Source of the DNA: a virus
Taxonomy: Duplodnaviria; Heunggongvirae; Uroviricota; Caudoviricetes
Virus record (IMG/VR): IMGVR_UViG_3300030037_000008
Coordinates: 1-47,071 of that record
DNA: 47,071 nt
Reading direction: 5' to 3' (one strand)
Below the pieces are notes generated by a model. That model saw only the letters and a list, made by a program, of their open reading frames with translations. It ran no database searches and was not told where the DNA came from. This document shows positions 18,390 through 27,798 of the stretch, one piece after another. Every line of letters starts with the position of its first letter. The stretch's first letter is position 1. Position numbers and translations under genes: made by a program.

Positions 18390-19245
18390 GTTCTCCTTCT
18401 AATCTTAATTCGTTATTATGTATAGCCTCTTTACAGAGAGTTACAAAATCATGTGATCTATCTAGATCATATAAAACATCTATATTGTTCATTATGAAAA
18501 AAGGAAACCATCCTTTAGTCATTGATGTTACTACTAACTTTAATGCTTTTCTATAAGCTAGCTTACTATTGTAATTAAAGTTAGCAGGAATAATGAATCT
18601 TTCCAATGCTATTACTTTAATTTCTTCTCTAGCTAGTTGAATCTTTTCTTCATACTCCATTAGAAAGAACATCTTCTTTTCAGGCATTACTTTACTTTCA
18701 TCTGATAAAAGTTTATTGTACATAGGCTTTTCGTTATAAGCTATAGCCTTATGTATATCATCATGTACATACTTTCGTTTTACATTTTTATTAAAGAATT
18801 TATCTGGCTCTAAATTTAATTTGATATGATCTTTACTTCCGTGAATCTTTTCCCATCCATCATATAATAGATTGTAAGCTTGTATTTCGCTACCTAGCAT
18901 TAGGTATCTATCAGAGTTAGCAGGTGTATATCTTCCTAATCTTTTTTGCATTATTCTTAGATCATGTACAGTTTTCTCCCATCTAACATTCCAGAATGAG
19001 TGTGATAGTTTGATGATATAAAGATCATTTAAACTTAATACTTTGCTTAATGTATGTTCATAGATATGTTTAAGTCCAAGATTAGAATTAATATCAGTAT
19101 ACTCTAATCTTGTATACCTTCCGTCTGTACATCTTTCAATTTTAGATGGACCATCATGTAGAATATCTAAGTCAGTTTTATATCCTTTCCTTCTAGCATC
19201 TTTTATATGACTAAGTAATGCTTGACTTCCGTATACTTTTGACAT
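18382..19245 (-). CDS. Conserved phage protein, putative nucleotidyltransferase-like N-terminus
   Basis: YGSQAL...TDLDI N-terminus and FFNKNVKRKYVHDDIH motif; stop overlaps the polB-C start. Confidence 0.5.
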   Translation of the reverse strand: MSKVYGSQALLSHIKDARRKGYKTDLDILHDGPSKIERCTDGRYTRLEYTDINSNLGLKHIYEHTLSKVLSLNDLYIIKLSHSFWNVRWEKTVHDLRIMQKRLGRYTPANSDRYLMLGSEIQAYNLLYDGWEKIHGSKDHIKLNLEPDKFFNKNVKRKYVHDDIHKAIAYNEKPMYNKLLSDESKVMPEKKMFFLMEYEEKIQLAREEIKVIALERFIIPANFNYNSKLAYRKALKLVVTSMTKGWFPFFIMNNIDVLYDLDRSHDFVTLCKEAIHNNELRLEGEHE

Positions 19246-19267
19246 TTAGATATTCTCCACTTTTAAG

Positions 19268-19738
19268 TTAGATGTACTCTACCACATCAATAACCTTTTG
19301 TACAATCGTCTTAGTAACAATTTTCATATTTTCCTTTGTCAACACAAGATCAGAAAAAGAATATTGATTATCATCCCAAGATGTACCATGATAGACGTTT
19401 TCAAATCTTAGCAAAACTTCTTCTTCATCGTGTGACTTAATCTCAACTATAGCCGATCCTGTATCACCATAAAATGCTGCAGCATCACAGCTTGTATCTT
19501 CATCTTTAAAAATAAAATCAACGACTCTTACTGTAAAGAATCCTGTCTTATCCTTATAAGAAACTGGACAACAACAATCAAATGAATTTGATATCAGATC
19601 ATTAATGCTATAAAACTCATTATCAGCTGAGCTGTGATTCTTGTTAAATACTAGAGGCTTTGATTTAATAACTAGCTCTTCTTCTTTATTTACCATGAGA
19701 TCTACAACATCGTAGAACTCTTCAATTAATTTACTCAT
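19268..19738 (-). CDS. Hypothetical acidic protein (start moved to ATG 19738)
   Basis: TAATG stop-start overlap with the upstream gene. Confidence 0.55.
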   Translation of the reverse strand: MSKLIEEFYDVVDLMVNKEEELVIKSKPLVFNKNHSSADNEFYSINDLISNSFDCCCPVSYKDKTGFFTVRVVDFIFKDEDTSCDAAAFYGDTGSAIVEIKSHDEEEVLLRFENVYHGTSWDDNQYSFSDLVLTKENMKIVTKTIVQKVIDVVEYI

Positions 19739-20172
19739 TACACACCTACCCAAACTTTAATAGTTCGCTCGACTTCTTTAACTTCGCTGCATTCTTTCAA
19801 GTCATAGTTATCGATATCACTACCTTCCTGAGAATTATAAGAACCTACGAATATTACATGTGTACTTGGACGTCCATCTTGGTAAGATATTTGATACACC
19901 CATTCATACGAATCACAGTCATCATCACGATTACGATCTTCAAAAACCTTTGTATATGACTCACCTAAGTCAGGAAATTGCATCGAGAAGTTATCATCAT
20001 AAGATATGATACCTTTATGCGTAGTACTACATTCATACATAGCATTTCTTAAAATACTAAACAATTCTTTAAACGTTCCGATTGTTTTTGTCTCGGCGGC
20101 CTTTGATACAATATCCAAGCTTAGCTTAGTTTCCATATTGCTTCCTGATTTAAGAAGCTTGATGATTTCCAT
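19738..20172 (-). CDS. Hypothetical acidic protein
   Basis: First gene of the leftward operon, GGAG SD. Confidence 0.55.
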   Translation of the reverse strand: MEIIKLLKSGSNMETKLSLDIVSKAAETKTIGTFKELFSILRNAMYECSTTHKGIISYDDNFSMQFPDLGESYTKVFEDRNRDDDCDSYEWVYQISYQDGRPSTHVIFVGSYNSQEGSDIDNYDLKECSEVKEVERTIKVWVGV

Positions 20173-20227
20173 ATTATGTCTCCATTTTTAAAATTAATAG
20201 ATTATCTATTTAGTAGTAAGAGATACT

Positions 20228-20256
20228 AATCTAATACACCTTAAGTAATTGTACAC
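20228..20256 (-). promoter_or_regulatory. Early-type promoter GTGTAC-17-TAGATT
   Basis: Matches the TGTAC-17-TAxxxT promoters found on the plus strand. Confidence 0.6.
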
Positions 20257-20427
20257 CTCAAATTTGTATTATTTTCACAATATACTAATGTTGTTTCTTT
20301 TACTGCAAAAAGCGCTCGTCATATTATTTATCTCGTTTTTCATAAATGGTTAGTACATATACCCTTAGAACTAAAACTGTAGTTTTTTACTGTAGATTTT
20401 TTTAATGTGTTTCTTATCTAATGACTA

Positions 20428-20446
20428 CCCTCACCCTCCCACTCCC
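20428..20446 (-). other. G-quadruplex motif GGGAGTGGGAGGGTGAGGG
   Basis: Top strand ccctcaccctcccactccc gives four G3 tracts with 3/1/3-nt loops. Confidence 0.7.
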
Positions 20447-20545
20447 AGTACTAGAATAGAAATCAAGACCCTAATACTACCTTAATATTACTAGCTAGAA
20501 TAATACTCTAATAGTACTAGAATACTACTAGCATGTATATACATG
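20447..20545. repeat. Short direct repeats (CTAGAATA x3; AGTACTAGAATA x2) and a 14-bp palindrome CATGTATATACATG
   Basis: CTAGAATA at 20451, 20495 and 20517; palindrome at 20532-20545. Confidence 0.75.
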
Positions 20546-20614
20546 TACTACGCGAGTTATTAAGGTCATGACAAGAATTTTAATCTTTACAGTATTCAAA
20601 TGGAGCATTGTAAT

Positions 20615-20643
20615 TTGTTTGTTTCTTATGTTTCCTCTATAAT
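20615..20643 (+). promoter_or_regulatory. Sigma70-like promoter TTGTTT-17-TATAAT for nrdB
   Basis: Consensus -10 with a 17-bp spacer, ~27 bp before the ATG. Confidence 0.6.
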
Positions 20644-20670
20644 AGAACAATAATTTATAAAGGAAAATAC

Positions 20671-21762
20671 ATGAACCACTTAAAAGAAATCGTAACAATG
20701 TCTAAACCTGACTATAATTCTGAACCATTATTTTTTGGTAAGAACGGCATAGGTCCTCAGCGTTACGATCAGTACAAAGATAAAAAGATTTTTCAGTGCT
20801 ATAAGAATATGTTGGGATTTTTTTGGCGTCCTGAAGAAGTCAGTCTTGGCAATACAGAAAGAAATACATTTGCAAATTTACTACCAGCGGAAAAAGATAT
20901 TTATACAAAGAACTTAAAATTTCAAATTCTATTAGACTCAGTGCAGTCTCGTGGTATTCCTTACTTAATGAAATACTGTACCAATACAGAAATGGAAGCA
21001 TCTATGCAATGGTGGATGGCATTCGAACAACTACATTCATATTCATACAGCTATATTATCTCAGATGTTTATACAGATCCTTCTAAAGTATTTGATTCAA
21101 TCTACGATGATCCTGAAATTGTAGATCGTGCCACATCAGTTACTAAGCAATATAATGATTTACTTGACGAACTTCCAGAAGATACAGAATATGACAAGAA
21201 GAAAAAGTTCTATCTTGCGTGGGTATCAGTAAATATTCTAGAAGGTATTAGATTTTACGTATCATTCGCATGTAACTATGCTTTTGCTGAAACTGGTAAG
21301 ATGATTGGTACTGCATCTATTATCTCGTTAATTAATCGTGATGAGAATCTACATTTAGGTCTTACTCAGCATGTTCTTAAATTATTCAAGAGTGATGAGA
21401 CTGAAGGCTTTGTACAGATTGCTAAAGACTGTGAAGAGATAGTTATCCAAATGTTTAGTGATGCAGCAGATGAAGAAATCAAATGGGCAAAGTATCTATT
21501 CGAAGAATCTTCAATGATCGGTCTTAATGCAGAAATTCTCGCAGAATACATGAAGCATTTGACTAATAAGAGAATGAAAACTCTTGGTCTTGGTCAACTC
21601 TTTCCTACAGTTAAAAAGAATCCTCTTCCATGGATGTCAAGTTGGACAGATTCAGGTGCAGTTCAATTAGCTCCTCAAGAAATGTCAGTTGAATCATATA
21701 AGATTGGTGCTTACAAAAATAACGTAGCTGATGTAGATTGGTCAGATAAATATAGCGTGTAA
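20671..21762 (+). CDS. nrdB: Ribonucleotide reductase class Ia beta subunit
   Basis: FFWRPEEVSL, LLDSVQSRG, EQLHSYSY (Fe ligands and radical Tyr), ILEGIRFYVSFAC, RDENLH, APQE. Confidence 0.97.
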   Translation: MNHLKEIVTMSKPDYNSEPLFFGKNGIGPQRYDQYKDKKIFQCYKNMLGFFWRPEEVSLGNTERNTFANLLPAEKDIYTKNLKFQILLDSVQSRGIPYLMKYCTNTEMEASMQWWMAFEQLHSYSYSYIISDVYTDPSKVFDSIYDDPEIVDRATSVTKQYNDLLDELPEDTEYDKKKKFYLAWVSVNILEGIRFYVSFACNYAFAETGKMIGTASIISLINRDENLHLGLTQHVLKLFKSDETEGFVQIAKDCEEIVIQMFSDAADEEIKWAKYLFEESSMIGLNAEILAEYMKHLTNKRMKTLGLGQLFPTVKKNPLPWMSSWTDSGAVQLAPQEMSVESYKIGAYKNNVADVDWSDKYSV

Positions 21763-21765
21763 CTA

Positions 21766-22203
21766 ATGCACACTCCTGAAGACATAGCAATAAGGAAAAT
21801 TCAAAGTGGTGCTATAGCATGGGCATTTGAAAGATTTGATGCAGCGCTCAGCAACTACACTGGATTAGCTGATCTTATGTTTTCAGAGAGTGATGCTGAA
21901 TCTTTAAAAGAAGAATTCTTAAATGAAGATTATCTAGCAAATAACAAACGAAAACTATTAGATCATTATAGGCAACTTTGTACTCTATTTAAAACGACAG
22001 CTGGTATTTCGTTGTTTCCTGAATTGACAAGAGGATTAGGTGATCCTAATGTACCGAACATGACATTAATAATGTTAGATCAAGCTGCTAAACTTATGCT
22101 CACTAATAGTGTAAGTTATATATTAGAAGATCCTTATCGAGATGTATCTGAAATAATAAAGAATGTTGAACATGAAACTAGTGTAAAGAAAATGTATGGA
22201 TGA
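21766..22203 (+). CDS. Hypothetical protein (ends KMYG)
   Basis: ORF tiling; carries the C-terminal tag. Confidence 0.6.
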   Translation: MHTPEDIAIRKIQSGAIAWAFERFDAALSNYTGLADLMFSESDAESLKEEFLNEDYLANNKRKLLDHYRQLCTLFKTTAGISLFPELTRGLGDPNVPNMTLIMLDQAAKLMLTNSVSYILEDPYRDVSEIIKNVEHETSVKKMYG

Positions 22204-23752
22204 AGATATGAATAGAATTTTAGTGATAGGTGGCTTGACAAATCCAGCAATGGTAAGCTATATGTTTGATCAAATCGAACAAGGCAAAACTGTAATGAAT
22301 GTCGATATGGAATTTAATCATTCAGCTCTACATAAAGAAGATATTCCTAAAAGAGTAATTGAATTACAGAATAACGAATCATACTGTTTTATTCCATTAG
22401 CTAGTGGATCTGCTACTCTTACTCATAATACTGAAAAATTTGATTCAATGTCTGTACATCCTAATACTAATTATCTAGGAACAGCTTATCATACTAGAAA
22501 TGAGTATGCAGATACTAATGATGTATATGATGAGATGTTTAGCTACACTTCTATATTACTTTATTATAGACCTACGTTAGTATTTTTTGCAGACTTTAAT
22601 TTATCTCAGACTCGCATTGCTAAGACAGTTAAATACTATTTTGATTCTCTTAAACTAGCAAAAGATATAAGCAACATCGACAACAAAACATTTAGTAATG
22701 AATCATTATCGATGCATCATCAAATACCAGGTTCAGAAGATCCTCGTAACTATTCATTAAGCCAAATGTTTCCTCTTAGTGCTACTATTCCAGATGATGC
22801 ATCTATAGGTGATTGTTATTTTAGTACAAATTATTATAGTACATTTAATTTAGGAATCCAAAGTACAGCTAACGTCACTATCGATACTTCTGAGTATTTC
22901 GTTGATAAAAATAATTATTATCGCCAGTTCCTAGAGCTTTCTGCTTATCATTGTAGTGATACATATATGCAGTTACATGTTCCTGGAAATTTAATAACTC
23001 ATACTATTATTAATTTTGTAGCTATACATGGATCTAAGTTAATTATATCTGATGCTGAATACATGAAAAAGTATAAAGTAATGGCTGAAGGAGAAGCACT
23101 TGATTCACGAAGACTATCAGTATTTAAATCAAAGATTATTAATCCTAAAGTAGTAGTTATAAGCTCTACTGATGTGTATGGACCTAATGATAAAGTAGAT
23201 GAAAATTCTAAATTAGCTCCTTACAATATGAATGGAATAGTACATATGTCTGCAGAGTTTATTGCTAAAAGTTTAAATGAAGACAAAACTTATATCATCA
23301 GAGCTCCTAAGATTTTAAGTAAAGAGTATGCTCAGTTTTATGAGATAGTACAAGATTTTATGACAGATGATTCTTTACCATGCGTTTACATAAAAAATAA
23401 GAAAGATTCTTACATATCTACTGCTAATTTTATAAAAGCTCTTGAAACTATATTTGACCAAGAACACGAAGTAATTAATCTTTCTAGCAATATTTTTAAG
23501 AATAGAACTGAAATATACCTCGATATATTAAATAAGCTAGAATCTATTGTTTCTGATACTAACAACAGAACATTTAAAGTTAGTCAATTACCAGTAGATG
23601 ATACTGACACTAATATTCGTAATCAAGCCACTAGCATTCATAATGTTATGGTAGATGATTATGAGAAGTGCATAGAATCAATCGTACAGTATAACTATAA
23701 AGAATACAATAACAATCAATCCAGAGCTGCTTCAATGGCTCTGTATAAATAA
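22196..23752 (+). CDS. Degenerate NAD-dependent epimerase/dehydratase (extended SDR) fold protein
   Basis: RILVIGG start, KVVVISSTDVYG, PY..., SAE, YIIRAPKI, VINLSS; the GxxGxxG and YxxxK motifs are not intact. Confidence 0.6.
   Translation: MDEDMNRILVIGGLTNPAMVSYMFDQIEQGKTVMNVDMEFNHSALHKEDIPKRVIELQNNESYCFIPLASGSATLTHNTEKFDSMSVHPNTNYLGTAYHTRNEYADTNDVYDEMFSYTSILLYYRPTLVFFADFNLSQTRIAKTVKYYFDSLKLAKDISNIDNKTFSNESLSMHHQIPGSEDPRNYSLSQMFPLSATIPDDASIGDCYFSTNYYSTFNLGIQSTANVTIDTSEYFVDKNNYYRQFLELSAYHCSDTYMQLHVPGNLITHTIINFVAIHGSKLIISDAEYMKKYKVMAEGEALDSRRLSVFKSKIINPKVVVISSTDVYGPNDKVDENSKLAPYNMNGIVHMSAEFIAKSLNEDKTYIIRAPKILSKEYAQFYEIVQDFMTDDSLPCVYIKNKKDSYISTANFIKALETIFDQEHEVINLSSNIFKNRTEIYLDILNKLESIVSDTNNRTFKVSQLPVDDTDTNIRNQATSIHNVMVDDYEKCIESIVQYNYKEYNNNQSRAASMALYK
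23744..23751 (+). promoter_or_regulatory. Possible late promoter TATAAATA before tmk
   Basis: Exact T4 late consensus overlapping the upstream stop codon. Confidence 0.4.
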
Positions 23753-23761
23753 AAGGAAAAT

Positions 23762-24415
23762 ATGAGCAATACACATTCAATTAAGACTGTACCTAAATTC
23801 ATTGTAGTTGAAGGTATCGATGGTAGTGGAAAGACTACTGCATGTGAAAAGATTAAAGAGATCCTTTTTGAAGAAGGAGTATTCTCTAATATTACAAGAG
23901 AACTTGGTGGCACAGAATTTTCAAGTAAAGTAAGAGATCTATTCTTACATGAAGATACTAACGTTTCAGCAACTACTGAATTGCTTTTAATCTCCGCTGG
24001 TCGTAGAGACCACATTGAGAATGTAGTAGTACCTACAATGGAAAATAATCTTTGGGTTATCTGTGATCGTAGTTATTTTAGTACTATCGCATACCAAGGT
24101 GCTAACGGTGGTGCTTCTCCAGAGGTGCTAAGAACTGTCAATGAAATAGCGATGGGTGGTATCAAACCAGATTTACTAATTTACTTAGATGTTACTAGTG
24201 AAGTTTCTAGTATACGTCGATTAAATAGAACAGATGATAATGATAAGATGGATGCTTTAGATAATGAATACTATGACAATGCTAGATTTTGTCTTAAGTC
24301 TTTAGTCCAAGCAGCTCCGTTTGCTCATGAACTTGATGCAATACAAAATGATCAAGATGAACTTAAAGAGTTGATGAGACCTTTAGTGAAATCTATCATA
24401 GAGCCATGCAATTAA
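23762..24415 (+). CDS. tmk: Thymidylate kinase
   Basis: FIVVEGIDGSGKTT, TRELGG, ELLLISAGRRDH, VICDRSYFSTIAYQG, KPDLLIYLDV. Confidence 0.96.
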   Translation: MSNTHSIKTVPKFIVVEGIDGSGKTTACEKIKEILFEEGVFSNITRELGGTEFSSKVRDLFLHEDTNVSATTELLLISAGRRDHIENVVVPTMENNLWVICDRSYFSTIAYQGANGGASPEVLRTVNEIAMGGIKPDLLIYLDVTSEVSSIRRLNRTDDNDKMDALDNEYYDNARFCLKSLVQAAPFAHELDAIQNDQDELKELMRPLVKSIIEPCN

Positions 24416-24795
24416 ATTACAATGAAGTTCTTGACCGTGTAAAAGAAATACATGGTCAAGAAATACATGACTATTTTGAAAGTAGTATGTACAATATTGT
24501 TAAATCGGATGAATCTCGTAACATACATAATGAAATGGATAACTCTTTCATTAGTATAGTTACAACATTATTAGACCTTGAGATTCCTCTTAAAACTTTG
24601 TATAGCTATGTTGATATGTCTAAACAATTAGGAGCTTATGCTGACAGTATATCTTTATTAAGATGTGTAGGAGTTTATAGCCTAAGCCATGAAAGACTTG
24701 AATTTGAGATAAAAAGTAGAGATGAAGAATGTCTTGTATCACGTATTAGTGGTGCAATGCTAGACATAGACTCAGCGAGTAAATTGTATGAATAA
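24406..24795 (+). CDS. Hypothetical protein (ends KLYE)
   Basis: Overlap-coupled ORF; carries the C-terminal tag. Confidence 0.6.
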   Translation: MQLNYNEVLDRVKEIHGQEIHDYFESSMYNIVKSDESRNIHNEMDNSFISIVTTLLDLEIPLKTLYSYVDMSKQLGAYADSISLLRCVGVYSLSHERLEFEIKSRDEECLVSRISGAMLDIDSASKLYE

Positions 24796-25249
24796 ATTTG
24801 CCAAGTTAGTTAATGCTTCATATAAAGAAACTGAACCAGACATAGTACATGACTATAAAATTAAATGTGTACTTTTAGCGATTACAGAACAAACTAAATA
24901 TGCACTAGGATTATCAGATTATGCTACTAAAACTATGACAGATTCGTTATATACTCTTCATAAAAATCATGATCTTGACCAAGTGTTTGAAGGTGTTAGT
25001 GAAATTTATAGCTATATGTTTTCAAGTATTAGCATAAATTTGATGATGAGTTACACAAATATGTTTCCTGATTTAGTAGATGCCAAATATCTTAACGCTA
25101 TGCTACATAATTTTATTGATTCTCTTGACAAATTAAGTGAAGATAAAAAGTTTACGTACGTAGCTACTATAAGAAAATCATCAGACTTAACTGAATTCAT
25201 TAATGATGAAATAGAAGATAAATTTAAAAAATTGGAGATGTACTCATGA
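24788..25249 (+). CDS. Hypothetical protein (ends EMYS)
   Basis: Overlap-coupled ORF; carries the C-terminal tag. Confidence 0.6.
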   Translation: MNKFAKLVNASYKETEPDIVHDYKIKCVLLAITEQTKYALGLSDYATKTMTDSLYTLHKNHDLDQVFEGVSEIYSYMFSSISINLMMSYTNMFPDLVDAKYLNAMLHNFIDSLDKLSEDKKFTYVATIRKSSDLTEFINDEIEDKFKKLEMYS

Positions 25250-25602
25250 TCACTCATAAAACCGCACTGTTAGTTAAACGTGAGGAGGCATCCGGTAAGT
25301 ATGTAGTTAATAGACTACATTATGGAATTGAACCAGAAGAAGTATTACCTACACTTAACGAATGGTACAATGATCCTGTTTATGTTTCTGATCTTTTAGG
25401 TATGTTTAACGGAGAGCTTAATACTTTATCCGGTAGTCACATATCACCGGAACATAACTATGAAGAATTTCCTAGAGAGTACAATACTAACATGCATATT
25501 GATTCATTTTATCAAGTAATTCTTGGTTCTAATATGGATGTCGAATATGTATATTACTTTGATGATCATGAAAAGGAGTGGATTAGTTGTGTTTCCTATT
25601 AG
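25246..25602 (+). CDS. Hypothetical phage protein
   Basis: ATGA overlap; LHYG..P..V..TLNEWY...EYVYYF pattern common in phage early proteins. Confidence 0.6.
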   Translation: MITHKTALLVKREEASGKYVVNRLHYGIEPEEVLPTLNEWYNDPVYVSDLLGMFNGELNTLSGSHISPEHNYEEFPREYNTNMHIDSFYQVILGSNMDVEYVYYFDDHEKEWISCVSY

Positions 25603-25629
25603 TTAAATACATCTTAATTAGGCAACAAA

Positions 25630-25953
25630 ATGAGTAACATTATAAAGCACTACACTAATCAGAACATGGATAACGCAGAGGACGTCCTCTCAGAAAAAAC
25701 TCTAAAGGAATTCATTAATGATAACTATACAGACTATCTTCCAAAGATTTATGATAAAGTTGGAATGATTGGAGTATTAAAGAAAGTGTTATGTGACAAA
25801 GAAAGCTATTACAAATTTTTAATAAAGAGTGGGTACGAAGATCCAGAAGTTTTAGTAGAAGATCTATTTAAACTTTATGACAAATCTTTATTCACTAGTA
25901 AAGTAAGGAAGTGTATAAAATCTTATTATGAAAAAGAAGACGATAACAGCTGA
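25630..25953 (+). CDS. Hypothetical protein upstream of the gp59-like gene
   Basis: ORF tiling only; sits in the T4 gene 33 position but shows no recognisable gp33 similarity. Confidence 0.55.
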   Translation: MSNIIKHYTNQNMDNAEDVLSEKTLKEFINDNYTDYLPKIYDKVGMIGVLKKVLCDKESYYKFLIKSGYEDPEVLVEDLFKLYDKSLFTSKVRKCIKSYYEKEDDNS

Positions 25954-26557
25954 AGATTGCTATAGACTCTTTCACAAGTATACAAATCTTATTGGTTCGA
26001 ACAGAAGAGTTAGAGCCATTAAGAATTTTGAAAATGCGAAGAGTAAGCCAGCATGGATAGAATTTGAAAAGTTTGCATTTAAATGTACCAGACTTAATGG
26101 TGCTTTAGATCCTGAATTTATGATTGAGCTTCTTGCAAAAGATGCAGAAGGATTCTTTTCACCCAAACTACTTAATACTCAACGCTCCATTCAAAAATAC
26201 AAACTTGCAGTACAGGTCAAGGAATCCAAAGAAACTATTCCAGAAGCTATACAAAGATCACTGTCTTATATTAAATCATTAGGTATTGGTTGGGAAGCTT
26301 ATCTCAATTCTGGATTGTATGCTATTCCAAAGATAATTAAAGATAAGATGGCAGGTAAGATTTCACCTTATCTTATTTATATTGATCCTTCGATAATTGG
26401 TCATATGAAATCAACATACCCCCAAGATACATACATTGAATTTTGCAAATCATTAGAAGAAGACTATGACTCTATGGTAGCTAAAATAAATGCAGAAACT
26501 GATCCAAAATTTAAATTCGTAAAAAATAACATTAAGAAGATTCTAAATAGAATTTAG
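25928..26557 (+). CDS. gp59-like helicase loader
   Basis: Size, ITAEDCYRLF ~ T4 IDGKSVYKLY, KIIKDKMAGKISPYLIYID ~ YIFKLLQSNIISFETFILLD, and position directly before the gp32-like gene. Confidence 0.6.
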   Translation: MKKKTITAEDCYRLFHKYTNLIGSNRRVRAIKNFENAKSKPAWIEFEKFAFKCTRLNGALDPEFMIELLAKDAEGFFSPKLLNTQRSIQKYKLAVQVKESKETIPEAIQRSLSYIKSLGIGWEAYLNSGLYAIPKIIKDKMAGKISPYLIYIDPSIIGHMKSTYPQDTYIEFCKSLEEDYDSMVAKINAETDPKFKFVKNNIKKILNRI

Positions 26558-26588
26558 TTGTTTTTTAACTAACATCTTGTCCAATATG

Positions 26589-26597
26589 GATAAATAC
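26589..26597 (+). promoter_or_regulatory. Putative late promoter GATAAATAC before the gp32-like gene
   Basis: Intergenic GATAAATA core. Confidence 0.5.
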
Positions 26598-26661
26598 CAA
26601 TACCACTGAATGCATGTGGTCTAAAAACAAAATAAAAACAAATAACAAATAGGTAACAACT

Positions 26662-27720
26662 ATGGCTCTATTAGGTGCTAAAAAACTAAAAACTCTGCAA
26701 GACAAACTTACCAAAAAAGCTGAAGCAAATAAAGGTTCTGGTGATTTCGCTAGTTCAGAAGAAAATTTCCTTCAGTTCAAAGGATCATCTAAAGGTACGA
26801 AGTATAAAGTTCGTGTAATGCCTTATGATGTTAAAGATGAAGCAGGTGAATCTACAGGTCTTCCTTTCCTTGAACAGTATCTCCATTATGGCCGAGATGC
26901 TGCTGACAAATTCCGTAAAGTACGGTGCCCTTCCTCAGATAATCCTGATGGCAAATCAATCTACGAAATCTGCCCAATTTGTAAAGCTGGTAAAGCTTAC
27001 TACAAACCTGGCCGTATTGATAAAGAACCCGTAGCAAACGCTCGCTATGGTGAATACAAACGTAAATTCCAAACTTATATGTTGGCTTACGTTGTATCAG
27101 ATCCCATTAATCCTGAGAATAACGAAACATTCAAATCAGTTTTCGTAACTGTCGGTATGCGTAAATTCCTCTACACTCAAATCTTTGGTATTGATCCCGA
27201 TGCTTATGGCAACGACGATGACGAAACAGAGACTACAGAAGATGAAGATGCTGCTGGTTTTGACGGTATTGCTCTCGAAGATGGTATTGATCTTATTATT
27301 ACTGTGGGACTCAAACAAGATGGCGATCGTACTTACAATGATTACTCTTATACATGGGCAAGAAAAGCTTCTACTTTAGATATCAATGAAAAAGATATTA
27401 CTAAAGCTGTAGCAGATCTTAAGTTCCAAGAGAATGCTCACTATTCTTCTTTCGAAGAAGTAGTAAAATGGAATGACGATGTTGTTATTCCTTTTGGTGA
27501 GGATGCTGCTTCAACTATCACTAAAGTATCTGCTGCTGATGTCTCTGATATCACAAGTGGATTAGATGATATGGATGAAGATGTAACAGATGAGCCTGTC
27601 GCTGAAGTTAAACCTAAAGCTAAAGCTAAGACCAAAGTCACTGAAACTGTAGTAGAAGAAACTGCAGCGACTGATGATTTTGATCCTGATGATATCGATG
27701 CATATATTGATGGAATCTAA
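26662..27720 (+). CDS. gp32-like single-stranded DNA-binding protein
   Basis: VRVMP, Zn-type H...C...CPIC, long acidic tail ending DDIDAYIDGI. Confidence 0.88.
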   Translation: MALLGAKKLKTLQDKLTKKAEANKGSGDFASSEENFLQFKGSSKGTKYKVRVMPYDVKDEAGESTGLPFLEQYLHYGRDAADKFRKVRCPSSDNPDGKSIYEICPICKAGKAYYKPGRIDKEPVANARYGEYKRKFQTYMLAYVVSDPINPENNETFKSVFVTVGMRKFLYTQIFGIDPDAYGNDDDETETTEDEDAAGFDGIALEDGIDLIITVGLKQDGDRTYNDYSYTWARKASTLDINEKDITKAVADLKFQENAHYSSFEEVVKWNDDVVIPFGEDAASTITKVSAADVSDITSGLDDMDEDVTDEPVAEVKPKAKAKTKVTETVVEETAATDDFDPDDIDAYIDGI

Positions 27721-27730
27721 GTAACAAATG

Positions 27731-27764
27731 AAGAGGATATAGCAGAAATGTTGTATCCTCTTTT
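27731..27764 (+). terminator. Rho-independent terminator
   Basis: 14-bp stem (2 G-U) with a GAAA tetraloop, ending in a T-run. Confidence 0.85.
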
Positions 27765-27778
27765 ACATACATCAATCA

Positions 27779-27786
27779 TATAAATA
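27779..27786 (+). promoter_or_regulatory. Possible late promoter TATAAATA before the clamp gene
   Basis: Exact T4 late consensus just after a terminator. Confidence 0.5.
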
Positions 27787-27798
27787 AAGGAATTTTAA

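Noticed and set aside
20274-20343. 22-aa minus-strand ORF (MKNEINNMTSAFCSKRNNISIL) in the spacer
   Set aside because: Too short, no clear SD or motif; the GATAAATA it contains may be chance
20173-20670. tRNA or structured ncRNA gene in the long spacer
   Set aside because: No cloverleaf, T-loop or extended covarying stems found by eye; a covariance-model search would be needed to exclude it
20671-21762. nrdB lacking an adjacent nrdA as a defect or a radical-free variant
   Set aside because: The Fe ligands and radical Tyr are intact; nrdA may simply lie outside the window
25585-25630. Late-promoter hairpin (GTTAAATAC in the loop) before the 107-aa gene, and identification of that gene as gp33
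   Set aside because: The stem needs bulges, and the protein shows no recognisable gp33 motif or clamp-binding tail
26581-26640. T4-type gene 32 pseudoknot
   Set aside because: No downstream sequence can pair with the hairpin loop; only a simple hairpin is supported
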